Of a DNA stretch of 64,000 nt, positions 30,631-40,984 are shown in pieces. How positions within the stretch are numbered: position 1 is the first letter of the stretch; each line of letters opens with the position of its first letter. The position numbers and the translations under genes are program-made. Source of the DNA: an uncultured Candidatus Saccharibacteria bacterium (GTDB lineage: Bacteria > Patescibacteriota > Saccharimonadia > UBA4664 > CAYXHD01); NCBI GenBank assembly GCA_964585425.1, contig CAZPDI010000001.1, positions 4,804 through 68,803 on the forward strand, in the 5' to 3' direction. The notes under the pieces are model-generated. The model ran no database searches, was not told the DNA's origin, and was given only the letters and a program-made list of their open reading frames with translations.

Positions 30631-31191
30631 TTATGATAAAAGTTTTTGAACTTGCGAGATCGAGGTATACAGCTCGGCTTGTAAGCCGGCTCGCAGGGCG
30701 CCGTCGACGTTGGCTTGGCGATCATCAAAGAATATAACATCTTGAGCCTCAAAACCTAATTGCTGTACAGCATACTGGTAAATACGAGCATCGGGCTTCA
30801 TCATATTTAATTCACCCGAAATAAAGATTTGATCAAAATGCCGAGTAATACCATGACCTTCCATATACGGCCGTAAGCTTGAGCCATCATTAGAAAGCAC
30901 GGCGGTTTTTATTCCCTTTTGTCGCAACTGATCAATGACTGCCAGCAAGGGGTGGTTGATAGCTACTTCGTTTTTAAGCTCCTGCTTAACAACCGAAACG
31001 GGACGTCCCACCCCGGCGGCTAATGCTTCGAAATACTGGTCTAGGCTAATCTCGTCCAGATCAATTTTGCGAGATGCCTCTTTTACCACATCATGGATGT
31101 CAGGATGTTGCGCTACTTGGTTTTCGGCCCAAATAATAACTTCGTCCGTTTGGATAACGCCATAAAAATCAAAGATGGCCGCTTTAATCAT
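30631..31191 (-). CDS. HAD-superfamily hydrolase
   Basis: N-terminal FDFYGVI (DxD-type motif I). Confidence 0.65.
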   Translation of the reverse strand: MIKAAIFDFYGVIQTDEVIIWAENQVAQHPDIHDVVKEASRKIDLDEISLDQYFEALAAGVGRPVSVVKQELKNEVAINHPLLAVIDQLRQKGIKTAVLSNDGSSLRPYMEGHGITRHFDQIFISGELNMMKPDARIYQYAVQQLGFEAQDVIFFDDRQANVDGALRAGLQAELYTSISQVQKLLS

Positions 31192-32144
31192 GAGATATGA
31201 TGCGAGGCCAACCAGCGCTCGGCGTCAATGGCCGCCATGCAACCCGAACCGGCCGAAGTAACTGCCTGACGATATTCGTGGTCTTGCACGTCGCCAGCAG
31301 CAAATACACCCTCGACGTTCGTCATGGTGCCGTGATGCGTTTTGATATAGCCATTTTCCAGCAGATGAATCTGATCGGCAAAGAGCTCGGTATTTGGTCG
31401 ATGGCCAATAGAATAAAAGAGTCCTTGGAGCGGCATCTCCGTGTATTCATTGGTGTGATTATTGTGGAGCTTGGCCGCGGTGAGCTCAGGCTTACCAATA
31501 AGTTCTTTGACTTCGGTATTCCAATGGAATTCTATCTTTTCATTGGCTTTGGCGCGATCCTGCATAATCTGGCTGGCGCGCAAGTGGTTGCCGCGCACGA
31601 AAACATTTACCTTAGTGGCAAATTTGGTAAGGAATACTGCCTCCTCCATGGCGGCGTCACCACCACCAACAATACCAACTTCTTTACCAGTAAAGAAGAA
31701 CCCGTCGCAGGTGGCACAAGTACTCAAGCCGTGACCAATCATCTCGTCTTCGCGGTCCAGACCAAGCATAATAGACTTGGCACCAGTCGAGATGATAATA
31801 GCTTCGGATTGAAACTCTTTATCGCCCACCCATACCCTAAACGGACGCTTGCTAAAGTCGACCTTGGTAACATCTTCGGTTAAGAAGTCGACATCAAAGC
31901 GTTGAGCTTGCTTACGCATAGTACTCATAAGCTCGGGGCCAAGAATACCATTTTCGAAACCCGGATAATTTTCTACTTCCGTCGTCCACATTAACTGACC
32001 GCCCGGCAAATTGCCTTGTGGGCCAGCGCCACCACCCTCGATAACCAAGGGCTTGAGCGCTGCTCGACCGGTATAAATGGCAGCTGTCAGACCGGCAGGG
32101 CCGGAACCTATGATTATTACTTTGCGGGTGGTGTTGCCTGTCAC
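31188..32144 (-). CDS. trxB: Thioredoxin-disulfide reductase
   Basis: GSGPAG FAD site, CATCDG redox-active motif, GGGDAAMEEA NADPH site. Confidence 0.9.
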   Translation of the reverse strand: MTGNTTRKVIIIGSGPAGLTAAIYTGRAALKPLVIEGGGAGPQGNLPGGQLMWTTEVENYPGFENGILGPELMSTMRKQAQRFDVDFLTEDVTKVDFSKRPFRVWVGDKEFQSEAIIISTGAKSIMLGLDREDEMIGHGLSTCATCDGFFFTGKEVGIVGGGDAAMEEAVFLTKFATKVNVFVRGNHLRASQIMQDRAKANEKIEFHWNTEVKELIGKPELTAAKLHNNHTNEYTEMPLQGLFYSIGHRPNTELFADQIHLLENGYIKTHHGTMTNVEGVFAAGDVQDHEYRQAVTSAGSGCMAAIDAERWLASHHIS

Positions 32145-32401
32145 TACGCCAGACCTAGTGCTGCATCAATTTTAGGCTTATCGAAGCCAAGGATGTGAAC
32201 ATCGTCTTTACCATCCTGGGCAATAACAGTAAAGGGTACACCCATTTGGCCACTGAGTTCAATCATCTCTTTGGCTTTGTCCTGATCAAGGTCGACCATG
32301 ACGTCCTCAAAAGCAATGCCCTTCTCGGCCAAATACTCTTTTTCCTTCTTGCAGAAACCGCACCAAGTTGTGCTGTAAATTGTGATTTTTGGCTTACTCA
32401 T
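32144..32401 (-). CDS. Glutaredoxin-like protein (NrdH/YruB-like)
   Basis: 85 aa with a WCGFC active site. Confidence 0.7.
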   Translation of the reverse strand: MSKPKITIYSTTWCGFCKKEKEYLAEKGIAFEDVMVDLDQDKAKEMIELSGQMGVPFTVIAQDGKDDVHILGFDKPKIDAALGLA

Positions 32402-32638
32402 AATTGTTTTCCTCCTATTCCCATTGTAGCAAACATGTCAAATAATGTAAGTGGCTAACATATTGCTTTGTGGTTATTTTGAGCGGCGAACAACCAGCCA
32501 TGTATGACTACCTACCCCCGCGGGTAACCATCTACGGCTGGCAGCTCGCACCTCAAACACTCACCTGTTTCTAGAATAACAAATTTAGTGACGCGGGGCT
32601 AGGAGTGGTATACAATACATGCATAACGAGGATGGAAG

Positions 32639-33031
32639 ATGCTCAAAGATTTTAAAAAGTTTTTACTCCGTGGCAATGTAGTTGATCTAGCTGTTGGTAT
32701 TGTCGTTGGTGCCGCCTTTACGGCCGTAGTTAACAGTTTTGTAACCGCCTTTATTAACCCACTGCTTGGTATATTCTTGGGTAAAACTGATTTCTCTAAG
32801 GTCGTGTTTACCCTTGGGAAAACCACCTTCCCCATCGGCGTGTTTATTAGTTCGCTGATTTCGTTTGTAATTATCGCCAGCGTCATCTTCTTCTTTGTCA
32901 TTACCCCAATTAATAAACTGATGATGGCAGCGCAGCGCAAAGAAGACAAAAAAGAAGCCGAGGAAATCAAGACTGATGCCGCAATACTAGAAGAGTTAAA
33001 ACAGATCAACAAAACGCTAGCTAAAAAGTAG
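32639..33031 (+). CDS. mscL: Large-conductance mechanosensitive channel
   Basis: FKKFLLRGNVVDLAVGIVVGAAF N-terminus. Confidence 0.85.
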   Translation: MLKDFKKFLLRGNVVDLAVGIVVGAAFTAVVNSFVTAFINPLLGIFLGKTDFSKVVFTLGKTTFPIGVFISSLISFVIIASVIFFFVITPINKLMMAAQRKEDKKEAEEIKTDAAILEELKQINKTLAKK

Positions 33032-33034
33032 CTG

Positions 33035-34966
33035 TTATTTAATTAGATTCAGCGCGTCGCCGCGAACAACCAGATCAGAGACCTTGGCCAAGGCTGATTG
33101 CTCATCATACACAATCTTGCAGGCCGATAGCGCAGTTACCCTGTGGTCATCTGCCTTATAGCAGGTGCCGCTTTCGAACTTACCGTCGCCAGGGTTAGTA
33201 TAGAGTACATCGTTAGTCTCGATTATTTCTATAGACCCAGCGGTATTGCGTCGTATTGCTACTGGCTTACGTGGACTTAAGAGGTCCTGACCAAGCATGG
33301 TCCGTGGCGTTTTGATGCCTAATAACCCCAGGATTGTTGGGGCGTAATCCAAATGACTGGCCGGTGCATCATCCTGAACAATAATGCTACTACCTGGAAC
33401 ATGCACGATCAGCGGAACATTTTCGCCATTGGTAAAGAACGTTTTTTGATCAAAGGCGTCGAGACCGCGGAACTTAGCAAAACCCTTGTCGTTTTCGCTA
33501 CTCATAAAAGCACGGTGATCGCCGTAGAGTGCAAAGATGCTGCTGTCGTACAGGCCGTTGGCTTTGAGTTTATCGATCAACAGACCCACCTGCTTATCGA
33601 CGTAGGCCAGACTTTGAATGTAGTTGATCTGGAACTGACTTAAACCTTCGGTACCCTTAATGCCGAGCACTTGCTCATCTTTAGGTATATCAAACGGCGT
33701 ATGCGAGGTAAGCATGGTTAGCTGGGCGTAGAATGGCTGCGGTAACTTGGTAAGGTACGGCACGCTCTGTTCCACGAACTCTTTGTCGCTCAAGCCCCAA
33801 CCAATAGGCTTGGTGACTTTATAAGAATTTATATCGTAATACTTTTGCCATCCAAGATAAGGATAGGCTACATTGCGATTCCAAAACGTAGCAGCGTCGC
33901 CATGGAAGACATTCGTGCTATAACCGGCATCACGCAGGAGCTCAGGCAAGCCAGCATAATCGTGCGTAGGATACTCAAAGAAGGCGACTCGATCCATGGT
34001 AGGTAAGAGTGAGTTCTGCGTCTCAAACTCACCATCAGCGGTGCGGCCGGTGCTCACTTGATCATGATATTTAGAATAATAGGCACTTTCTTTAACCAGC
34101 TTATTGAGGTTTGGCGTGATCTCTTGACCCTGGATGCTTCGACCAATCGCAAAGGCCTCGTATGATTCGAGCTGGACGGCGATCACGTTTTTACCCTTGG
34201 CGATACCAAAATTTGGACCAGGCTGCTGCTCGGGCGATCGACCCTTAGCCCACTGGGTAATATAGGTTTTATCGGCCTCGCTAATGCCGCGGGAGCTGGT
34301 GAAGTAGCGATAGGTATCGAGCACCGAGTACATATGCACGCCGACTTTAGCTACCATAGTACTGTTGTCGTATGGCACCTCCAGCAACTCGCGCAAACCG
34401 CCGTGCTTGCGCCGCTCTAGGCTCAGCATGCCGCCAAAGGCTATTACAAAAACAAGACCCACGCCCACCAAGGCGATGAGTCGGGTGCGCAAACGATAGC
34501 GCGGCTGTGGCTTTTTGCGATCAATGAACCAATACCACAGCGCAATTATTGGAAGCATGGCCACAAACACTAGTAGAATGGGTGATATTTTTACCTTAAT
34601 CGAATCGCCAACCGAACCAACATACATTACGTACCGGAGTGCCGAACCACGAATAAAGGTGTTAAACGAAAGGAAGTAAATAAATTGGGCAACAAATAAT
34701 AACTCAGCCAGAAATGCGGCAACACTCAGCCAAACATAGCGCCCGCGTCGATACAAGACGACGGCCGGACCAAATAAAAAGATACCAATGGCCAAGGCAG
34801 CAATAGTTCGTTGCCGCGATACCAAACCAGATATGTCCAGCCAACTATTAAATAAATGAGTCTGAACCACAAACACAAATATAAGAATAACCGGCAGCGA
34901 CCATTGCTGACGGGCAGCCCAAACTTTAATGGCGAGCCTTTTTGCCCCCCGAACGATATTTGTCAT
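33035..34966 (-). CDS. LTA-synthase-family sulfatase (phosphoglycerol transferase-like)
   Basis: Multi-TM N-terminal region plus an extracellular sulfatase/alkaline-phosphatase-type domain. Confidence 0.7.
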   Translation of the reverse strand: MTNIVRGAKRLAIKVWAARQQWSLPVILIFVFVVQTHLFNSWLDISGLVSRQRTIAALAIGIFLFGPAVVLYRRGRYVWLSVAAFLAELLFVAQFIYFLSFNTFIRGSALRYVMYVGSVGDSIKVKISPILLVFVAMLPIIALWYWFIDRKKPQPRYRLRTRLIALVGVGLVFVIAFGGMLSLERRKHGGLRELLEVPYDNSTMVAKVGVHMYSVLDTYRYFTSSRGISEADKTYITQWAKGRSPEQQPGPNFGIAKGKNVIAVQLESYEAFAIGRSIQGQEITPNLNKLVKESAYYSKYHDQVSTGRTADGEFETQNSLLPTMDRVAFFEYPTHDYAGLPELLRDAGYSTNVFHGDAATFWNRNVAYPYLGWQKYYDINSYKVTKPIGWGLSDKEFVEQSVPYLTKLPQPFYAQLTMLTSHTPFDIPKDEQVLGIKGTEGLSQFQINYIQSLAYVDKQVGLLIDKLKANGLYDSSIFALYGDHRAFMSSENDKGFAKFRGLDAFDQKTFFTNGENVPLIVHVPGSSIIVQDDAPASHLDYAPTILGLLGIKTPRTMLGQDLLSPRKPVAIRRNTAGSIEIIETNDVLYTNPGDGKFESGTCYKADDHRVTALSACKIVYDEQSALAKVSDLVVRGDALNLIK

Positions 34967-34968
34967 GC

Positions 34969-36009
34969 TTATAGCTTATCCTGTTCGGGTGGGTTAGTAA
35001 ATATTGTGGCAGCCTGCTCTTGTATCGCTCGGTAGCTACGACCCACTGGCACGAGGTTACCGTTGGCGCCGCTGGTAAGCAATCCACCGGGTGCCGTGGA
35101 TAATACCCATCGTATAGGTTCGCCAGTTTTTTGCGACCACATCCAGGCCAAACGCACCATATTAGGGCCGCTAATATCAGTATCCATGCCAGTGCGCAGA
35201 GCATTGCTGACGGCCGCCGCACTTACCGGATTGAGCCAAACACGCGGCTGAACGAGCTTGGCCATTAATAAGGAAATCACTTCTTGCTGACGCGCCGCTC
35301 GACCAAAATCATTACCACACGTCCCCTTACGGCAGCGGGTGTACTCCAGGGCGCGGGCGCCATCCATGTGTTGCAAACCGGGCTGAATATTTATGCCGCA
35401 CGAACGATATTCATTATCGGCACACGGATATTCGTTATCGATCAAGGCCTCTTTAACATCGACGTCTATGCCACCGACAGCATCAACCAGTTTACTCAAT
35501 CCACTAAAGTTAGTTACTACCGTGTAATCAATCGGTAGATCTAAAAATTCACTAACGGTTTGTGTTGCCAACTTACTCCCGCCCAGCGCGTTAGCATTGT
35601 TAATCTTACGATAACCATAACCCGGGATATTCGCCTCGGTGTCGCGTGGGATACTAATAGTCGCCACTTGTTTAGTAGCCTTATTAAAACTCACAACCAT
35701 AATGCTGTCGCTTAATTCTTGGCCGGCATGGCCAGGATCACCTTTACCGAGAATAAGTACATTAGTGCGTCCGTTGTTATCGGCTGATAATCCGGCCGGA
35801 TCAAACGGCTTACTACTGACGCCCCGCAGAGTATGGATACCAAACCAACCCAGGGCAACGGCCGAAAGTATAATAATAGCCAAGAGCGCCAGGAAAAATC
35901 GTTTTACCCAGCGCCACGGCGAACTGCCTGCCGACTGCAATTTGCGTCGGTTTTCCTCTTCTTCTATCTGTCGTAAGTAATCATCGGGGCTCTGCATATG
36001 TGCTGCCAT
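34969..36009 (-). CDS. LytR-CpsA-Psr (LCP) family protein
   Basis: N-terminal TM helix. LCP core with ILGKGD..GHAGQELSDSIMVVS. Confidence 0.75.
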   Translation of the reverse strand: MAAHMQSPDDYLRQIEEEENRRKLQSAGSSPWRWVKRFFLALLAIIILSAVALGWFGIHTLRGVSSKPFDPAGLSADNNGRTNVLILGKGDPGHAGQELSDSIMVVSFNKATKQVATISIPRDTEANIPGYGYRKINNANALGGSKLATQTVSEFLDLPIDYTVVTNFSGLSKLVDAVGGIDVDVKEALIDNEYPCADNEYRSCGINIQPGLQHMDGARALEYTRCRKGTCGNDFGRAARQQEVISLLMAKLVQPRVWLNPVSAAAVSNALRTGMDTDISGPNMVRLAWMWSQKTGEPIRWVLSTAPGGLLTSGANGNLVPVGRSYRAIQEQAATIFTNPPEQDKL

Positions 36010-36034
36010 ACCCCCATTATACTCCTATTAACGG

Positions 36035-36457
36035 TTATTTGTGGCTATGCTTCTCCCAGCGCTGCTCACGGCGATCTTGGAACTTATCGAGCTTAGCGAG
36101 TCGAGCGGCGATCTCTTTTTCGCCAACACCATCGGCCTTCCAGGTGGCAATTAATTCATCTTTAACCTTCTGGCTAAACTGAATGGGCGTTAAACCGGCA
36201 TCTTTGACCAGCTGATCAAGCTTCTTGGTACCACGCGCCTCTTTAAACTGCTCGATGGTCATCCCCAGAGCCTTAGCCTCGGCAGCTTTAAGCCCCACTC
36301 GCCAGGCCGGAGCCTTACGTTGGATGCTGGCATGACGATGCGTGGGCGCGCCATCAGCCGCACTGGCCATAGCTGGCGTCATTACCATACCTACGGCGAC
36401 AGCCGAGGTAACGATTCCGGTGGCTATTCGTTTGTAACGCTTGCGTTGTTTCTTCAT
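36035..36457 (-). CDS. Secreted hypothetical protein
   Basis: Signal-peptide-like N-terminus ending AMASA. Confidence 0.4.
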   Translation of the reverse strand: MKKQRKRYKRIATGIVTSAVAVGMVMTPAMASAADGAPTHRHASIQRKAPAWRVGLKAAEAKALGMTIEQFKEARGTKKLDQLVKDAGLTPIQFSQKVKDELIATWKADGVGEKEIAARLAKLDKFQDRREQRWEKHSHK

Positions 36458-36483
36458 TGGGCAACCTCCTTGTTACCTCTGTA

Positions 36484-36996
36484 CTACAACGCTGGCGGTA
36501 AGTTTCTTTCGTTTTGAATCGACCTTGGTATAGGTTGCTCGTAAAAAGGACGGAACGGTCCTTGGCGCTGCAAATCGCGATTAATTGAGCTACGCGACAG
36601 ACCGGATCCTAGGCAAATCACAAAGACGATTACCCCTAAGACAATGCTCCACTCTGGCAAATTTCTGGCATAATGCGAGCGATGGCGGAGCAGGTAAATC
36701 ACCCCGGCGATAGATAAAGCAGCGATAAGCAAGAAGCCCAGCGGCAAATGATGCACATCAAAATAATAGCGGCCAAGCAGCCACGGCTTAAGTCCGCTGC
36801 GCGCAATCTCAAAACGTAGTACAGCCAAGTTAACTGCATAAATGCCAACTACCAGCGTAAAGGCTAATGCCGCCGCAAAGCCGGTACTAAGCAAGGCAAA
36901 ATACCAGTCGGCATGCATGCGCACCTGTCCGTCCTTGATCTGGTCGAGAACCTGATTGCTAATGGTTGGTTGTTTACTTGTTCTTTTATTACTCAT
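36484..36996 (-). CDS. Membrane protein downstream of an ECF sigma gene (possible anti-sigma factor)
   Basis: Four hydrophobic segments. Overlaps the sigma-gene stop. Function inferred from position only. Confidence 0.3.
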   Translation of the reverse strand: MSNKRTSKQPTISNQVLDQIKDGQVRMHADWYFALLSTGFAAALAFTLVVGIYAVNLAVLRFEIARSGLKPWLLGRYYFDVHHLPLGFLLIAALSIAGVIYLLRHRSHYARNLPEWSIVLGVIVFVICLGSGLSRSSINRDLQRQGPFRPFYEQPIPRSIQNERNLPPAL

Positions 36997-37580
36997 GGCG
37001 ACACTCCCTGCGATGACAATAATGTTCTCATCTGCTCCTTAGCTCGACGGATGCGAGTAGCAACGGTATTGATTGGTAATTCTAGAATATCAGCAATTTC
37101 TTGGTAGCCATAGCCTTCTACCAGATTCAATAATAATGGCTCACGATACTTCGGCTGCAGTTCTTTAAACGATAATCGCAAGTTTTCGCCGAGTAGCTTC
37201 TGATCAGCCTCATCGGCCAGCGTATCGGGTACCGAAAACTCTGGCAGCGAATCAATCACCTGATCATCGGGTATGGCCACATAGCGCTTATTCTTTTTGG
37301 CGACGTTAATGGCCGTGTTATGAGCAATACGGTATATCCAGGCACTAAAGCTGTACTTGGGTTTATAGCTACGCAAGTTGGTGTAGGCCTTAATAAACGT
37401 CTCTTGTACCACGTCGGCACTGGCGTAATCCCCGCCCAATACGTAGGTCACATAGCGCAATAACTTGGCCTCATAGCGCTGCATAAGCTCTCCGTACACC
37501 TCAAGATCCCCGGCGATAACCTGGGCTACAAGATCGGCATCGCTGGCGGTCTGATGTTTGCTCATACGCCTATTATACAA
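36993..37580 (-). CDS. ECF-type RNA polymerase sigma-70 factor
   Basis: Sigma-70 regions 2 and 4 (ETFIKAY; GYGYQEIADILELPINTVATRIRRA). Confidence 0.8.
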   Translation of the reverse strand: MYNRRMSKHQTASDADLVAQVIAGDLEVYGELMQRYEAKLLRYVTYVLGGDYASADVVQETFIKAYTNLRSYKPKYSFSAWIYRIAHNTAINVAKKNKRYVAIPDDQVIDSLPEFSVPDTLADEADQKLLGENLRLSFKELQPKYREPLLLNLVEGYGYQEIADILELPINTVATRIRRAKEQMRTLLSSQGVSP

Positions 37581-37606
37581 CCGTGGACGACAAAAACTTT
37601 CAGAAA

Positions 37607-38416
37607 TTAGGCGCTGGCAATATTGCGGCGAGCAAAGACTATGCCACCAATAATGAGCAGAACAATTGATGCAGCCACCATTATTGCGACGTGACTGTAA
37701 TTTAACCCTTTGATCAGTACGTTCTCGGAACCATAGTAATAATAGACCGAAAGTTTATCATACGGTTTGAGGGCTTCGACGCCAGCGGCCATAGCGTTTA
37801 AGAAATATCCGGAAACCGCCAATATGCTGCTGACGGCAATGGCGATGCTACGCTTACCGAATATCGCGGCCACGGCATAGGTTAAGGAGAGGAAGAAGAC
37901 GAGGAAGAGCCAGACGTTAGCGGTGGCGGCAATAACCTTAAATACATCGAGGCTTAGGCCTTGTTGCCAGAGGCTGATACCTAAACCAATACACAAGCCC
38001 ACCATCAGTAAGGCAAAGATAATAACGGGGGCGATCCACTTACTAAGATACACTCGGGTGCGACTAACTGGTGCAGCCAGGAGGGTTTGCAGGGTGCCAT
38101 CTTCTTCTTCGGTAGCCAAACCAATACCCAGCATAATGCCCAGCACGGCGGCAATCATTGGCATGGTTTTACCAAAGATTTGTGAGCCAAAATACCCGGG
38201 CACGGTATTAAAGTCGCCACTCAAGCCGGCAATACTCTTGAGTGCCGGTGGCAGCGTCTGGAACTGCTGGTTGATAACGTCGCTACTGCCAAAGGTGCTG
38301 TAAAACACGCCGACAAACCAGGCGAGGAAGGCGAAGCCCAGGAACCAGCCGAGCAAGAACCAGCGTCGATCATATAGGGTTTTAGTAATTACACCGTGTG
38401 GCTTATACTTACTCAT
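37607..38416 (-). CDS. ABC-2 type transporter permease
   Basis: Six TM segments. Co-directional with the ATPase, with a 4-nt overlap. Confidence 0.6.
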   Translation of the reverse strand: MSKYKPHGVITKTLYDRRWFLLGWFLGFAFLAWFVGVFYSTFGSSDVINQQFQTLPPALKSIAGLSGDFNTVPGYFGSQIFGKTMPMIAAVLGIMLGIGLATEEEDGTLQTLLAAPVSRTRVYLSKWIAPVIIFALLMVGLCIGLGISLWQQGLSLDVFKVIAATANVWLFLVFFLSLTYAVAAIFGKRSIAIAVSSILAVSGYFLNAMAAGVEALKPYDKLSVYYYYGSENVLIKGLNYSHVAIMVAASIVLLIIGGIVFARRNIASA

Positions 38417-39303
38417 TTGATTTCTCCGTACAGCTTCATAAATACTTCTTCGAGCTCCAGCTCACGGTTGGATATGCTAACAACTTCATACTTACTGAGT
38501 GCTTTTAAGAATTCGCTAACATTGCCAGTAACGGTGCACGTCATGACATTGTCTTCAAAATGTATATCCTTCATACTCTTAAACGATTTAAAGGCGTCAT
38601 GGGCTGGCTCTTTGGCAAAACGCACTTCGAATTCCTGTAATGAAGATTGGCGAAGCTTATTAACGGTGCTGACTTCGGCCAATTCGCCGCCCCGGATAAA
38701 GCCGACGCGATCACAAACCTTTTGGACCTCACTTAAGTTATGACTACTCATAAAGGTGGTGCCGCCATTAGCTTGATGATCGGCCAGTAACTCATAAAAT
38801 GCCTCTTGCATCAATGGGTCTAGCCCAGTAGTTGGCTCATCCATAATAAGCAGCTGCGGTTTGTGCATCATGGCAGCAATCAAACCAATCTTTTGTTTGT
38901 TGCCGCGCGAGAGGTGCTTGATGCGCGGTCGCAAATCGGCCTGTAGCTTACTGGCCAAGATGGCAATCTGACCACTCTCCACATCGCCATGGAGGTTTGC
39001 CATGTAGCCGATGTATTGCTCAGCCCGCAAATTATCGTACATACTCATATCCCCGGCCAAGTAGCCGATGTGCTTGTGGAGCTCTTTATAATCTTGTACC
39101 GAATCATATCCCAAGATTTTAATCGAGCCGGAAGTAGGATGTATCAAATTCAACATGGCGCGTATAGCAGTAGTTTTACCAGCACCGTTTGGCCCTAAAA
39201 ACCCGAAAATCTCTTTTTCTTTAAAGGTCAGGTTTATGTCTTTAAGCGCAGTCAGGTTACCGAATTGCTTGCATAAATCCTTAATTTCTACCGCATACTT
39301 CAT
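38413..39303 (-). CDS. ABC transporter ATP-binding protein
   Basis: Walker A GPNGAGKTT, signature LSRGNKQKIG, Walker B LLIMDEPT. Confidence 0.85.
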   Translation of the reverse strand: MKYAVEIKDLCKQFGNLTALKDINLTFKEKEIFGFLGPNGAGKTTAIRAMLNLIHPTSGSIKILGYDSVQDYKELHKHIGYLAGDMSMYDNLRAEQYIGYMANLHGDVESGQIAILASKLQADLRPRIKHLSRGNKQKIGLIAAMMHKPQLLIMDEPTTGLDPLMQEAFYELLADHQANGGTTFMSSHNLSEVQKVCDRVGFIRGGELAEVSTVNKLRQSSLQEFEVRFAKEPAHDAFKSFKSMKDIHFEDNVMTCTVTGNVSEFLKALSKYEVVSISNRELELEEVFMKLYGEIK

Positions 39304-39315
39304 ATGCTTATTGTA

Positions 39316-39942
39316 CTACCAGTCGAAGTATTTCTCAATTTCGGCATGCAGTACGGCTAACGGATCTTGATCATCCGTATGCTTAGCATCTTCCGGGGCA
39401 GCAGCATCGGCTTTATTCTTTGGCTTAGCCTTGGGTCGCTTCTTTTTATAGGCCAAGGTGCTTTTGAGGTTGTTCATAAAATGGAGGTAAGGCTCAAACA
39501 TTTCTTCTTTATACAGGGCCGAGTATTTATTTCGATTCGGTATGATGAGCGTTTCAAGCTTGTCTTGTTCTATAAAGTACTTCACCAAGCACTGGAAGTC
39601 GCCGTCACCGCTTATCACAATTGCTTTATCGTATTTGTCATAATCTATCATGGCCTGCAGCACCAGCTCGGCGTCACAGTTACCCTTGGTGGTGCCGTCT
39701 TTATGCTCGATAGTCGGTTTATAAATACATACAAAACCGGCCGCCTCCAAGGTGTTATAGAGGTCTTCGTGCCCCTCAATAAAACCCACAAAAATATAGG
39801 CCTTCACCACGTTGTAATTTTCGGCTAGATAGGCTCGGAAACGCTTATGATCAAGCGGCCAGCCCATTTCGCGAATGGAGAGGTTGAGGTTTTGACTATC
39901 GATAAATGCATAATTGCCGAGCTGGTCGGTCTTGGGTTCCAT
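39316..39942 (-). CDS. NYN-domain (LabA-like PIN-fold) protein
   Basis: FIDSQN...GNCDAEL...SGDGDF motifs of the NYN/LabA nuclease fold. Confidence 0.65.
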   Translation of the reverse strand: MEPKTDQLGNYAFIDSQNLNLSIREMGWPLDHKRFRAYLAENYNVVKAYIFVGFIEGHEDLYNTLEAAGFVCIYKPTIEHKDGTTKGNCDAELVLQAMIDYDKYDKAIVISGDGDFQCLVKYFIEQDKLETLIIPNRNKYSALYKEEMFEPYLHFMNNLKSTLAYKKKRPKAKPKNKADAAAPEDAKHTDDQDPLAVLHAEIEKYFDW

Positions 39943-39977
39943 GCAAAGATTGTATCACATACAGCCCCTCATTGCTA

Positions 39978-40006
39978 TTGCATTATGTCGCAAAATATGA
40001 TTAAAT
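39978..40006 (+). promoter_or_regulatory. Predicted promoter of module 1
   Basis: TTGCAT, 17-nt spacer, TTAAAT. The TGATTAAAT block recurs in the 40688 promoter. Confidence 0.35.
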
Positions 40007-40040
40007 AGTATGGTTCTGCTACCTATCCCTAAGGATTCCA

Positions 40041-40415
40041 ATGAATGCACCTGCCCGTCCCATGCCCGACATCACCGATGTGGAGCTGACCAAGAAGATC
40101 ATCGATGAACGTGTGAAGCACCACAACCTGCGCCATGAAGATGGTGAAGCGATCTGGATGGTAGTCACGGCCATCGGTCATGCCATCAAGATCGGTGATC
40201 CTCAGTACAGCCCGATGATCGACCGCAACGTCACGGGGCTGCGCAACGAGGCGAGGCCAGGCGAAGTTCCGGTCATCTTGCTGTCCGACCTGAACCGCAT
40301 CTTCTGTGACGACACGTTGATACGCGAGCTGCAGCGGGTGTTCCCGAGCATCGTCAATGATGCGGCGCGCGTTGCCTGCTGGAAGTTCCGCAACTGCATG
40401 TACGGATGCGACTGA
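40041..40415 (+). CDS. High-GC hypothetical protein (124 aa), module 1 gene A
   Basis: TAAGGAT RBS. GC3 high. No family recognised. Confidence 0.45.
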   Translation: MNAPARPMPDITDVELTKKIIDERVKHHNLRHEDGEAIWMVVTAIGHAIKIGDPQYSPMIDRNVTGLRNEARPGEVPVILLSDLNRIFCDDTLIRELQRVFPSIVNDAARVACWKFRNCMYGCD

Positions 40416-40417
40416 TC

Positions 40418-40627
40418 ATGCGCCTTCGGATCCCCTGGCGCAAGCAAACCGTGCCGCCGCCACCCGCGACTGTCGCGATGAAGGCTGCGCCCCTGGTGCC
40501 GCCACCTCATCGCCGGATGACGGCCGAAGAACGCGCTGCGTGCTGCCAAGATCAGAGGAAGATCAAGCTGCGTGCTGCCAAGCGTTGTCGGCGCAAGGCC
40601 CGAAAGCGCCGACTGCGCAACAAGTAA
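40418..40627 (+). CDS. Pro-rich/basic small protein, paralog 1 (alternative start 40406)
   Basis: GACTGATCATG junction with the upstream gene is conserved in paralog 42234..42467. Differences between the paralogs are often synonymous in this frame. Confidence 0.5.
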   Translation: MRLRIPWRKQTVPPPPATVAMKAAPLVPPPHRRMTAEERAACCQDQRKIKLRAAKRCRRKARKRRLRNK

Positions 40628-40645
40628 CCCCCGTGAGGCGGATCG

Positions 40646-40680
40646 CCGAAAGGTCCCTCTTGCGGGGGATCTTTCGTTAT
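40646..40680 (+). terminator. Family hairpin GAAAGGTCCC-tcttgcg-GGGGATCTTTC plus GTTAT
   Basis: 9-bp stem including G-U pairs, with a U-rich tail. Confidence 0.5.
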
Positions 40681-40687
40681 GGTGATA

Positions 40688-40716
40688 TTGATTTATACCT
40701 GTAAATGTGATTAAAT
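40688..40716 (+). promoter_or_regulatory. Predicted promoter of unit 2
   Basis: TTGATT, 17-nt spacer, TTAAAT. AAAGGAGAG RBS follows. Confidence 0.35.
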
Positions 40717-40750
40717 TTCCCTATTCCGTTTCGAGTCCAAAGGAGAGACC

Positions 40751-40984
40751 ATGACGGACGCACATGCCACGGCCGTCTCCACGGTCTATTTTTGGCTCGA
40801 GTACGAGTTGGGTATCGATAATCCTGATCACGTTGAACTGACCATGATTATCGAGAATGGCTGGCTGCGCTATCGGTGCCCGGCCCACGACATCACCCCG
40901 CTTGAAATCGCCCGCCTCGAAGCTGCCTGCCGGCACCACGCCCATTCTCTTGAAGTGCACCTGAACCTGGAGGTTCAATCATGA
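40751..40984 (+). CDS. High-GC small hypothetical protein (77 aa)
   Basis: AAGGAGAG RBS. ATGA overlap with the next gene. Confidence 0.4.
   Translation: MTDAHATAVSTVYFWLEYELGIDNPDHVELTMIIENGWLRYRCPAHDITPLEIARLEAACRHHAHSLEVHLNLEVQS

Noticed and set aside
40357-40704. Alternative-frame ORFs 40357..40704 and 42206..42679 overlapping the Pro-rich small genes
   Set aside because: Between the two paralogous copies, differences are frequently synonymous in the Pro-rich frame. The conserved stop-TC-ATG junction favours the called frame.
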